DNA of 36,460 bases, taken from NCBI GenBank assembly GCA_031420835.1, contig JANONN010000333.1, forward strand, positions 1 through 36,460, written 5' to 3'. This document shows, one piece after another, positions 1 to 8,752 of the stretch. The DNA comes from Ignavibacteriales bacterium. Its GTDB lineage: Bacteria; Bacteroidota; Ignavibacteria; UBA10030. A program made the position numbers and the translations under genes. The notes under the pieces are model-generated. The model searched no databases. It worked only from the letters and a program-made list of their open reading frames with translations, and was not told the DNA's origin. Every line of letters starts with the position of its first letter. Positions within the stretch are counted from its first letter, which is position 1.

Positions 1-2
1 TC

Positions 3-482
3 GACGAAACGTTTGAGGCGAAGGCGATTCTTGTCGGGAGCGGAACGATTACGATGAAGCGGAAGCCGAACATTCGGAAGACATTCACGCTAACGGCCGC
101 AAACTGGACCAATGGCAAATACAATCCTGCAACCGGCATCCTTCGGATGGATCCCGGCGATACTCTTCGGCTCGTGTATTCATGGAATTTCATTGATGAC
201 AACGGAACGGATGTACGTGCCAGCGAGTTCTACTATGTTCCTGATGCATCGTGTCCAGGTCGCATGATATCTGCCCGCGAGAAGTTTATCTTCGAGGCCA
301 AAATGAAAATCTTTGATCGCATTCCAGATGTAGTCGCGGAGCCATATGAGTTCTTCTTGTGCCATGTAAATATATGGGTTGAGCAGCGATTTTGTCAGCC
401 AATCCTAGAGGATCGTCCTGAAACATATTGCCCAAACATTGTCCCTTTCTCATCTTCAGTCGAAGGTCAATCAGTTGAATGA
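3..482 (+). CDS. hypothetical protein, probably 5'-truncated by the window edge
   Basis: The frame of the 54..482 ORF stays open back to nt 3 (DETFEAKAILVGSGTIT precedes the first ATG at 54). No recognisable motifs. It lies directly upstream of a TonB-dependent receptor on the same strand. Confidence 0.45.
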   Translation, partial: DETFEAKAILVGSGTITMKRKPNIRKTFTLTAANWTNGKYNPATGILRMDPGDTLRLVYSWNFIDDNGTDVRASEFYYVPDASCPGRMISAREKFIFEAKMKIFDRIPDVVAEPYEFFLCHVNIWVEQRFCQPILEDRPETYCPNIVPFSSSVEGQSVE

Positions 483-573
483 TCCACACGTTGTGTATCC
501 CGATCTCCAAAATGTTTGACATAAGCGCCCCCGAATATCCGTTCGCTCATTACTGTGCATCCGAGGCACTCCG

Positions 574-3117
574 ATGAAGTGGCGTTTTTTTGTTCGAATG
601 CTTACTGTGCTGGTTTTTCTCGCCGTTGTGGACAATACGCGCGCAAATGGTATCTACGGTATCCTCGAAGGGCGTATCGTTGATAAACGTACGAAAGAGC
701 CGCTGGTCGGCGTGAACGTCGTACTGAGGGAAACCACGCTTGGAGCAGCCACAGATGCTGAAGGATATTATCATATCACGACCGTACGAGCGGGGATCTA
801 TGACGTGACTTACAGCATCATCGGGTACAAGCGTTTCGTCGTTCGCAACGTGACAGTTTTGCCTGACCTGCGAACGCGGATGGATCTTGAGATGGAAGAA
901 ACGAGCATCGAATTGGAAACGATTGAAGTTCGAGCAGAACGGCCGTTGATTCAGAAAGATCAGGCGGCGACTGCCTTCACGATTGGTGAGATCAAGTTAG
1001 ACAAATTGCCTGTCTCCAAGTTTCAGGATGTCCTTTCCCTGCAGCCCGGAACGACGCTCGAAGGGAACGTGCGCGGCGGAAAAGTGAACGAAGTGACGTT
1101 TCTCGTAGATGGTTTGGCGGTGCAAGATGTCATCGGTGGTGGTTTAGGGGCCTCACTTCCACGCAGCTCGATTTCTGGCATTACGATTCACACCGGTGGT
1201 TTCGAAGCAGAGTATGGGAACGCGCTCTCGGGCGTTGTCAATGTCATTACGAAAACGGGGGGAAATGATCACTCTGTCAAGATTCGTTACGAGCGCGATC
1301 AATGGGCGCCGACCAAGTTGACCAAACAAACCGATCGGCTCTCCGAAACAGAGCTGACGGCTGGTGGTCCGTTGATAGAAGGGAAGATGTTCTACTTTAC
1401 TGCCAACACTGTAACGTTATCTGATACGCGATGGTGGCAGGACTTTGACCGCTTCTTCTCCACCATCATTTCCAAAGATTACTCTGGATTTGGCAAAGTC
1501 GAGTATCAGTTCAGCCCAACGATGAAGATCGGGATTCAGGGCATTTACTCATTGCGACAATGGCGGGATTACGAATTCAGCTGGAGGTTCAACCTCAATG
1601 GATTGCCTCCCCGCAAACGAGATGCGTATCGAGTGGCGGCGGTTTTTTCCCACACGATTTCAAACGACTCATACTACACGATCAATGCAAGTCGCTTCTT
1701 TCTCTCATCGAGGATTGGGGAAGGATCGAAGAACGCCATCCAGCCGCAGCCGTATGAATATGACTTCTTCCTTCGCTACATCGTCGGTGGGAAGCGCAGT
1801 TGGTGGGCACAGGCAGACCAGACCATCTATACGCTCAAAGCTGATGCAACGACGTATATCGATCGCTCGCATCTGTTGAAGATTGGATTTGAATTGAATC
1901 AATACGATATCAGTTCTGATCTCATCAAGTACGAGCCGCAGACAACATACTTTGGCAAGCCAATTCTTGATGCACCGTTGCTGAACTACAGCAATCGCTA
2001 CAATTATCAGCCACGATCAGGCGGAGTGTACGTTCAAGACAAGATCGAAGTCATTCGCGATGGCTCCAACGTTAGCTTCGGTATTCGGTGGGATTTTCTC
2101 GATCCAACTGTCGAACGTCCGATTGTAGAATACATTCCCGTCAAACCGAACGAGTTCCGGCAAGAGATCGTTGGGAAGGCGAAAGCGAAGTTCAAGCATC
2201 AACTCAGCCCACGCATGGCGATTGCACTGCCAGTGGGGACATCGAGCTTTTTCTTCATAAACTTCGGTCACTATTTTCAGTTCCCTTTGTTTGACTATCT
2301 GTATTCGGGGATCAACCCTGTGCAATTGCGAGAAGGAACACGGAATGTCCTTGCCGGAAATCCAGACCTTGAGCCGGAACGAACAATTGCGTGGGAAGGT
2401 GGTTTCAAGCACGGAATTGGAATTAATCTCGTTGGTTCTATTACGTACTTCAAAAAGGCGTTCCAGAATCAAATAGATTCCAAAACGCTTATTCCATTTG
2501 ACAGCAAATCGGCAGGAGACTACGGATTTGCCTCGTACGTCAATAATGCAGAGGCGAATGTATCCGGCGTTGAGGTTGTTGTGAGCAGAGAGAGGGATGA
2601 ACGCTTGTCAGGTAGTATCTCCTACACATTCATGACAACCGAGGGGATCAGTGAATATGTTGATCAACGAATCAATCTTGCACAGTGGGGTTTTCCCCTG
2701 GCTGTGAAACCGTACCCGTTGAGCTGGGATCAGCGACATACGATAAAAGCTGACGGGGAATTCAGACTTATTGGTGATATTCAGGCGAACGTGGTGGTGC
2801 TGTATAACTCGGCACGTCCGTATACGTTCTTCCCCACGCGGGACGGTTTTCAACCGATCGATTCTACCAAGGCATTTGTCCCGAATAACAGAAGGATGAA
2901 AGATGTTCTATTCTTGAACGTGAAAATCTCCCGTCGTTTTGAAATCGGCGAAACGAATCCTTACGTCGTCATCCTTTTTGCCGATGCAAGAAATGTGTTC
3001 AACAAGCGCAATATCCGGTGGATTGATTCAAGCGGACGGGTTGGCGGCGAGTTGGGTGATCCGAGCGCTTATTATGATCCTCGTCGTGTTCGCGCCGGCA
3101 TTCGCGTTGAACTATGA
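574..3117 (+). CDS. TonB-dependent outer-membrane receptor with N-terminal CarboxypepD_reg-like domain
   Basis: Signal peptide MKWRFFVRMLTVLVFLAVV. Carboxypeptidase-regulatory-like segment (GRIVDKRTKEPLVGVNVVL...DAEGYYHITTVRAGIYDVTYSIIGY). Plug-like region (LSLQPGTT...VDGLAVQD). Long Tyr/Gly/Asn-rich beta-barrel-type remainder. Total length 847 aa. Confidence 0.85.
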   Translation: MKWRFFVRMLTVLVFLAVVDNTRANGIYGILEGRIVDKRTKEPLVGVNVVLRETTLGAATDAEGYYHITTVRAGIYDVTYSIIGYKRFVVRNVTVLPDLRTRMDLEMEETSIELETIEVRAERPLIQKDQAATAFTIGEIKLDKLPVSKFQDVLSLQPGTTLEGNVRGGKVNEVTFLVDGLAVQDVIGGGLGASLPRSSISGITIHTGGFEAEYGNALSGVVNVITKTGGNDHSVKIRYERDQWAPTKLTKQTDRLSETELTAGGPLIEGKMFYFTANTVTLSDTRWWQDFDRFFSTIISKDYSGFGKVEYQFSPTMKIGIQGIYSLRQWRDYEFSWRFNLNGLPPRKRDAYRVAAVFSHTISNDSYYTINASRFFLSSRIGEGSKNAIQPQPYEYDFFLRYIVGGKRSWWAQADQTIYTLKADATTYIDRSHLLKIGFELNQYDISSDLIKYEPQTTYFGKPILDAPLLNYSNRYNYQPRSGGVYVQDKIEVIRDGSNVSFGIRWDFLDPTVERPIVEYIPVKPNEFRQEIVGKAKAKFKHQLSPRMAIALPVGTSSFFFINFGHYFQFPLFDYLYSGINPVQLREGTRNVLAGNPDLEPERTIAWEGGFKHGIGINLVGSITYFKKAFQNQIDSKTLIPFDSKSAGDYGFASYVNNAEANVSGVEVVVSRERDERLSGSISYTFMTTEGISEYVDQRINLAQWGFPLAVKPYPLSWDQRHTIKADGEFRLIGDIQANVVVLYNSARPYTFFPTRDGFQPIDSTKAFVPNNRRMKDVLFLNVKISRRFEIGETNPYVVILFADARNVFNKRNIRWIDSSGRVGGELGDPSAYYDPRRVRAGIRVEL

Positions 3118-3646
3118 CGACTGTTACTCATTATCTAAGGATGCAATCAAACTACTTCACACGTCAGGTAGAACTTATTTACCCAATGCTTCGTATGATG
3201 AAATGATGCAATGCCGCTGTTCCGTGGGCGGTGCAATAATTAAGCTTGATTTTCAGCCTATTTCCCTTAATTTGCTCGACATAGTCTCATGTCGAGAATC
3301 GGATATCTTGTTGACAATGCGGTATAATGTGAAGCGAAAACGAGTTCGCAACGATGTTTAGGCTACATTTAGACAGAGTTGTGCATGTGGTTGGTGATAA
3401 TGGTCATCACGTGAACGTGAAAAATCAATTAATTTTGATTTAAGGTAACAATAAGCATTATTACGCGACAACGAATTTGGAATTACAATCTGTGTGGGTT
3501 GGGTTTTGGGAAGCTCTACTAAAGTTCGGTTCTCCTTCCGCCTTGGAAATTCCAGCTTGAAAAGGAATGGAAAACCAGAATAGATCATTCATTCGAGAAG
3601 GTGCCAAAGACTAAGGCTCAATAGTCCCGGCTTGAGGAATCATACT

Positions 3647-5269
3647 ATGAAAAGAAAGTTTTCGTTGTGGACGGTCGCACTTCTTGTTCTTGTAGGCGTC
3701 TTTGCGGGAATGGAAATCAACCAACTGATCTCCGGTGACAACATCTATGAGCAGCTCAATAAGTTCAAAGATGTCTTGAGCTTCACGGAGAAATACTATG
3801 TTGAAGAGGTTGACCTTCAGAAGTTGACGGAGACGGCCATTACTTCGATGCTTGAGAAACTGGATCCACATTCGATTTACATCCCGCCACGCGCGTTCGA
3901 GAACGTGAGCGAACAATTCCGTGGGAAGTTTGAAGGGATCGGGATCTCATTCCGTGTTTTGAGCGATACTATTGTGGTTGTGGAGGTGATCGGTGGCGGG
4001 CCATCGGCAACGATTGGCATTCTTTCCAACGACAAGATCGTCAAGATTGACGGTAACTCTTCGATTGGGATAACTCAGGAAGATGTTGTTAAGAAGCTTC
4101 GTGGTCCAAAAGGAACCCGTGTCATAGTGAACATCTTGCGGGCTTGGGAAAAGGATCCATTGGTTTTCGAAATTACTCGTGATGAAATCCCGCTCTATAG
4201 TGTCGACACTTACATTATGGTAAACGATATCGTTGGATACATAAGTGTCAACAAGTTTAACGAGCAAACGGCGCAGGAAATGGATCGAGCGCTAAAACGA
4301 CTGAAAGAACAAGGGATGAAGAAACTCGTGCTGGATTTGCGCTCAAATCCCGGTGGGTATCTCGAAGAGGCTGTACGGATGGCCGACCAGTTTCTCGATG
4401 GGGGAACAAAGGGTGAACCCCGGAAGATCGTTTACACGAAGGCACGTCGCCCTGAGTTCGAAGAGGTGTACCATGCAAAGTCGGGAGATGCGTTTGAACA
4501 GATACCCATCATTGTCTTGATCGGTCCCGGATCTGCCAGTGCGAGCGAGATCGTCGCGGGAGCGATTCAGGATTGGGACCGCGGACTCGTCGTTGGTGAG
4601 ACGAGCTTCGGCAAGGGTCTGGTTCAGCGCCAATGGAAGCTCGCGGATGGCTCGGCGTTCCGCCTCACCATTGCGAAATATTATACCCCAAGTGGGCGTT
4701 TGATCCAGCGAGAATTCAAAGGGAAGGACAAAGAGGCCTATTCACGGGAAGTATTGGAACGCGAAGAAACGGAGGGCGAGAACCTGGACCACAAGATGGA
4801 ACGTGACTCGTTGCGACCGGTATTCCGAACCAACGGCGGTCGTATTGTGTATGGCGGCGGCGGTGTCACGCCCGATTATATCGTGAAGAACGAAACGCTC
4901 ACCACAGCGACATCCAATCTTCTGCGTCGCGATCTTTTCTATCAATTCATCTCAAAATACCTGGATGGCCCTGGGGTGAATCTTCGCTCGACCTACGGCA
5001 AGGATTTGAAGAAGTTCAAAGACGCATTCTTTGTATCGGACAAGATGTTGGCTGATTTCAAGACGTACGTGGAGTCGAAAGAAGCGAAGGTTGAAGAGAA
5101 GGACTTCAACAAGGATCTGCCCTTCTTGAAGAACCGGCTCAAGGCATATATTGCTCGTGCTTTCTGGGGGAATGAGGGATGGTTCCCGGTGGTACTAGAA
5201 ATGGATGCCCAATTCAAGAAAGCAATGAGTCACTTCCCGGAAGCCGAGAAAATCGCTAAACTGAACTAA
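3647..5269 (+). CDS. S41 family carboxy-terminal processing protease (PDZ domain)
   Basis: TM/signal anchor MKRKFSLWTVALLVLVGVFAG. PDZ-like GIGISFRVLSDTIVVVEVIGGGPSATIGILSNDKIVKIDG. S41 motifs LVLDLRSNPGGYL, GPGSASASEI (Ser) and TSFGKGLVQ (Lys). ATG 3647 is preferred over the TTG at 3632 listed in the track. Confidence 0.9.
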   Translation: MKRKFSLWTVALLVLVGVFAGMEINQLISGDNIYEQLNKFKDVLSFTEKYYVEEVDLQKLTETAITSMLEKLDPHSIYIPPRAFENVSEQFRGKFEGIGISFRVLSDTIVVVEVIGGGPSATIGILSNDKIVKIDGNSSIGITQEDVVKKLRGPKGTRVIVNILRAWEKDPLVFEITRDEIPLYSVDTYIMVNDIVGYISVNKFNEQTAQEMDRALKRLKEQGMKKLVLDLRSNPGGYLEEAVRMADQFLDGGTKGEPRKIVYTKARRPEFEEVYHAKSGDAFEQIPIIVLIGPGSASASEIVAGAIQDWDRGLVVGETSFGKGLVQRQWKLADGSAFRLTIAKYYTPSGRLIQREFKGKDKEAYSREVLEREETEGENLDHKMERDSLRPVFRTNGGRIVYGGGGVTPDYIVKNETLTTATSNLLRRDLFYQFISKYLDGPGVNLRSTYGKDLKKFKDAFFVSDKMLADFKTYVESKEAKVEEKDFNKDLPFLKNRLKAYIARAFWGNEGWFPVVLEMDAQFKKAMSHFPEAEKIAKLN

Positions 5270-5288
5270 TGAAGACAGGCGGTTAGGG

Positions 5289-6143
5289 TTGATCTTTACA
5301 GCACTCTCGGCATTTAACATTTTCGTACTGTTGGCTTTTGCCGGCGTATCAGATGATTCATTCAGGGCCGGAGTAGTTGCATCGGTTGCTCAGGTTCAGG
5401 CCGCAGACGGGATGCTCATGGTGGGGGAAGAACTTGAGTACAAAGTTAGCTATTCGTTCTTTGACCTTGGTACCATTCGATTTCAAGTAACAGACAGATT
5501 AGTGCGAGGGAATCGGGTTGTGTACAAAGCCACCTGTACTATGAAGTCAAACCCGTGGATTCCGTTTGTCGACCTGCATATTCGGTTTCTCAGCGAATTT
5601 GACGAAAGTGTTTTCTCGTACGCGTGGAGCAGTTTGGACAGCTCGAAGGAGAAGTTGGCCGTTCGCAAGTTGATATTCGACGAAGCTAACCGCCGTATTC
5701 TCAGGGAGGATAGAACTCTATTTTCAACCGGGGCTCGTTCAACCCGTACCCTTGACACCATTCCGGTTACCGGACGGTACCAGGACGGACTTTCCTTGTT
5801 CTACTACGCGAGGCGGTATGTTCGTCAAGAAAAACAGGAAAATATCTCCACCGTGATCGAAAAGAAAGAAGAGAGCACTTTTTTCAATTTGATGAATAAG
5901 GTTGTTCCGGCAGAAATAGATGCTCTCGATTATCCTGTAGAAACTGTGTACTTCGATGGCGAGGCGAAGTTTGTCGGCGTGTTTGGCATGACGGGGGGAT
6001 TTCAAGGTTGGTTCAGTAATGATGTGGCAAGAATCCCAATTCTCGCCCGGCTGAATGTTATCCTCGGCAGCGTGAAGATCCAATTGGTTCGATGGAATCG
6101 TCCAGGGTGGAAACCACTGAAGTTCAGTGAGGTGCGGCGTTGA
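5289..6143 (+). CDS. DUF3108-like exported protein
   Basis: N-terminal hydrophobic signal-like segment. GEELEYKVSYSFFDLGTIRFQV resembles the DUF3108 N-terminal signature. TTG start, so the exact start is uncertain. Confidence 0.5.
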   Translation: MIFTALSAFNIFVLLAFAGVSDDSFRAGVVASVAQVQAADGMLMVGEELEYKVSYSFFDLGTIRFQVTDRLVRGNRVVYKATCTMKSNPWIPFVDLHIRFLSEFDESVFSYAWSSLDSSKEKLAVRKLIFDEANRRILREDRTLFSTGARSTRTLDTIPVTGRYQDGLSLFYYARRYVRQEKQENISTVIEKKEESTFFNLMNKVVPAEIDALDYPVETVYFDGEAKFVGVFGMTGGFQGWFSNDVARIPILARLNVILGSVKIQLVRWNRPGWKPLKFSEVRR

Positions 6144-6652
6144 TTCATGCTCATCAAGGCCGGACTCCGAAGATTCATAATTCGGTGTTCATTGCTGAAG
6201 GTGCTCATGTGATCGGAGATGTGGAGATCGGTAAAGATTGCAGCGTCTGGTTTAACGCTGTGATTCGGGGAGATGTGAATTACATTAGGATTGGTGATCG
6301 AACCAATGTTCAGGACAACTGCGTTTTACATGTGACTCATGAGCGGTTTCCTTTGACAATTGGTTCTGATGTAACGATTGGTCACGGGGCGATTCTCCAC
6401 GGCGCATCTGTGGGAAATTGGTGTTTGATCGGAATGGGTTCGCGGGTGCTGGATGGAGCGAAGGTTGGTGATTATGTATTGGTGGCTGCGGGAGCAATTG
6501 TTCTCGAAGGATTTGAAGTCCCATCGGGATCACTTGTGGCGGGAGTGCCGGCCCGTGTGAGGCGAGAGCTTAGGGCAGAGGAGCGAGAGACACTTGTCCG
6601 ATCTGCCCAAAATTATGTTAATTACGTTCGGTCGTATCGTTTGCAATCATAA
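6140..6652 (+). CDS. gamma-class carbonic anhydrase family / hexapeptide-repeat (LbH) protein
   Basis: MIHAHQGRTPKIHNSVFIAEGAHVIGDVEIGKDCSVWFNAVIRGDVNYIRIGDRTNVQDNCVLH is typical of the YrdA/PaaY-like family, and hexapeptide repeats run throughout. The TTG start overlaps the upstream stop (TTGA). Confidence 0.8.
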   Translation: MIHAHQGRTPKIHNSVFIAEGAHVIGDVEIGKDCSVWFNAVIRGDVNYIRIGDRTNVQDNCVLHVTHERFPLTIGSDVTIGHGAILHGASVGNWCLIGMGSRVLDGAKVGDYVLVAAGAIVLEGFEVPSGSLVAGVPARVRRELRAEERETLVRSAQNYVNYVRSYRLQS

Positions 6653-6666
6653 TACGGAGGGGTCCC

Positions 6667-7566
6667 ATGAGGCTCAAATTCTGGGGTGTGCGCGGCTCGA
6701 TCCCTACACCCGGAAAACATACAGTACGTTATGGAGGCAATACTCCGTGTCTGGAACTTCGGCTTGATGATGACAAGCTCATCATGTTCGATGCTGGGAC
6801 GGGTATTAGGAACTTTGGCGAGTACCTGATCGGCACCGGAGAATCGCTAAAGGCATTCCTGTTAATTACCCACCCGCACTGGGATCATATCCAGGGATTC
6901 CCCTTCTTTAAGCCCGCTTTTATTTCCGGTAACGAGCTGACGATCATTGGAACAGAACGACCGGAAAAGAAGCTCCATGAGATCATTGCGGAGCAAATGA
7001 ACCGAATCTACTTTCCGGTGCAGTTGCACGAACTCAAGGCGAAGATCAAATTCATCCCAATTGGTGAGGGCAATGTACTCGATGTTCATGAAGCGAAAGT
7101 AACGACGATGTATGTGAACCATCCCGGATTCACCGTCGGCTACCGTGTGGAGTACAAAGATAAAGTGCTCGTGTACATCAGCGATAATGAACCGTTTGAC
7201 AAAGGTGTCGTGAGCCAGATGACGAATTTCGAACAGGCGGTGATCGATGTGTTCAATTCAAAAGATGGCGACCCGAATCAGCGAATCGTTGACTTTTCTC
7301 AGGGCGCGGACGTACTGATTCATGATGCAACCTACACACCCGAGGAGTACATTGATCGCGTTGGCTGGGGGCACTCGCATTATCTGTTCACTTTGCGTGT
7401 TGCGGCGGAGGCAAATGTAAAGAGGTTGTATCTTTTCCACCATGACCAGAACCACAGCGATGACAAAGTGGACGACATCTTGAGAAAGTGCAAGAAGGAA
7501 GTAATAAGCCGAGGATATAAGTTCGAGTGCGAAGCAGCAATGGAGAATATGACGATCACGATCTGA
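6667..7566 (+). CDS. MBL-fold metallo-hydrolase
   Basis: HPHWDHIQGFPFF (HxHxDH zinc motif). N-terminus MRLKFWGVRGSIPTPG...YGGNTPCLEL is typical of a widespread MBL subfamily. A late His-rich motif (LFHHDQNH) is also present. Confidence 0.8.
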   Translation: MRLKFWGVRGSIPTPGKHTVRYGGNTPCLELRLDDDKLIMFDAGTGIRNFGEYLIGTGESLKAFLLITHPHWDHIQGFPFFKPAFISGNELTIIGTERPEKKLHEIIAEQMNRIYFPVQLHELKAKIKFIPIGEGNVLDVHEAKVTTMYVNHPGFTVGYRVEYKDKVLVYISDNEPFDKGVVSQMTNFEQAVIDVFNSKDGDPNQRIVDFSQGADVLIHDATYTPEEYIDRVGWGHSHYLFTLRVAAEANVKRLYLFHHDQNHSDDKVDDILRKCKKEVISRGYKFECEAAMENMTITI

Positions 7567-7569
7567 TTC

Positions 7570-7598
7570 TTGACTCTGTAAGACTCTGTCGCTATATT
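7570..7598 (+). promoter_or_regulatory. sigma70-like promoter TTGACT-17 nt-TATATT
   Basis: Hexamers at 7570-7575 and 7593-7598 with an exactly 17-nt spacer. The -35 hexamer starts 4 nt after the MBL stop codon. The same pattern recurs at four other operon starts in this window. Confidence 0.4.
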
Positions 7599-7705
7599 GC
7601 ATAGAGAGAACGAAGAGTAGATGGCGAAATAACCCATGAATGGTTCGGGAGGGTCATAGAGCAACGACTATCGAAAGATTAAATCGGACTCAATTGCTGC
7701 ATTTA

Positions 7706-7749
7706 CCCCGAGTAGACGTTCCAGCCGCGGAATCCTTCGGGGTTTTTTT
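7706..7749 (+). terminator. intrinsic terminator-like extended hairpin plus T7 run
   Basis: CCCCGA (7706-7711) pairs with TCGGGG (7737-7742). Inner TTCC/GGAA stem around a 6-nt loop. Followed immediately by TTTTTTT (7743-7749). Confidence 0.65.
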
Positions 7750-7780
7750 ATTCTTGTCTGACACGGAAAGGAACCACTAA

Positions 7781-8317
7781 ATGTCCTTTCAATTTTCATC
7801 AGATGATATCAAGAAGATTAGCAACATCCTTGGCGTCGTTCCGAAGCATCGGGGTAACAACTATCGGTTCGAGATCGAAAGTGTTGAATTGTGCCGAAAA
7901 CTTGCTCTTGAGATCTATCCCGATATCGCTATTGGCAAACGCAAAGGGAACCTGATCTCTGTTTATACTCCTAACGCTCATTTGCAGCTTCACTTCTGTA
8001 CGGGATACGTCGTGAGCAAAATGCTCGGTGAAATCACTTTTGTGGGAGAGTCAGACGGAAAACTCTCGGGATTGATCATTGAGCGAGAAGGGGGATGCTC
8101 ATTGTATGCCAACGTCGATAGCTCTATTCTTTCTGGCGATTTTACAACCCTGGGCCCGGAAGTAATGCTGTCGGGAATTGCTCTTTCGCTGACGGAGGCG
8201 ATTCTACCTCCTCCAATGACAAGCGGAAAGAACGGGAACGAGGTTACAAACGCGGTAAGGAGCGCAGGGACGATTCGAAAGACACGTGGAGCAAAGAAGA
8301 TAAGAAAGAGGAAGTGA
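7781..8317 (+). CDS. hypothetical protein with Lys/Arg-rich C-terminal tail
   Basis: 178-aa ORF with no motif I recognise. C-terminus RKTRGAKKIRKRK. Purine-rich RBS-like GGAAAGGAA upstream. Its stop (8315-8317) abuts or overlaps the ybeY start cluster (GTG ATG ATG). Confidence 0.55.
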   Translation: MSFQFSSDDIKKISNILGVVPKHRGNNYRFEIESVELCRKLALEIYPDIAIGKRKGNLISVYTPNAHLQLHFCTGYVVSKMLGEITFVGESDGKLSGLIIEREGGCSLYANVDSSILSGDFTTLGPEVMLSGIALSLTEAILPPPMTSGKNGNEVTNAVRSAGTIRKTRGAKKIRKRK

Positions 8318-8745
8318 TGATGAGGAGGGAGACACTCGTCATCTCGACGCGACATCGGATGTTACGTTTTCCACACCGTGAAACTTTTCGAGTCATCAAT
8401 TGTGTTCTACGAATAGAATCAAAAAGGAAGCTGGATATTTCTGTGGTCTTTGTCGATAGTCGCTTCATCAAGCGGATCAATAAGATCTTTTTGCGGCACA
8501 ACGATGTAACCGATGTAATTGCATTTCCTTTTGCGGATGGTGTAGGAGTAGACGCTGAAATCTACGTCAATCTTGATCGAGCTAGAAGCCAAGCGAAGGA
8601 ATATGGTGTTTCCTTTAGTGAAGAGGTTCGGCGACTGTTGATCCACGGAACCCTTCATATACTAGGATACAACGATGAAACATTTCGAAAGCAACAAGCA
8701 ATGAGGCTGCGTGAAGATCACTATTTGAGGATCTTAAGGAACTGA
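8317..8745 (+). CDS. ybeY: rRNA maturation endoribonuclease YbeY
   Basis: TDVIAFPF and HGTLHILGYND match the YbeY metal-binding signature (HGxLHLxGYDH) in a ~140-aa protein. The start could be 8314 (GTG), 8317 or 8320 (ATG). Confidence 0.85.
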   Translation: MMRRETLVISTRHRMLRFPHRETFRVINCVLRIESKRKLDISVVFVDSRFIKRINKIFLRHNDVTDVIAFPFADGVGVDAEIYVNLDRARSQAKEYGVSFSEEVRRLLIHGTLHILGYNDETFRKQQAMRLREDHYLRILRN

Positions 8746-8752
8746 CGAACGA

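Noticed and set aside
2939-3588. ORFs 2939..3361 (+) and 3358..3588 (-) in or near the receptor-protease spacer
   Set aside because: The first starts inside the TonB receptor gene in another frame. The second has no RBS, an odd composition and no motif. The spacer is reported as a non-coding finding instead.
8281-8330. ~45-nt polypurine tract at the orphan-ORF/ybeY junction as a structural or regulatory element
   Set aside because: It is explained by the Lys/Arg/Glu-rich C-terminal codons (AAG/AGA/GAG) plus an RBS for ybeY. There is no evidence for a separate function.
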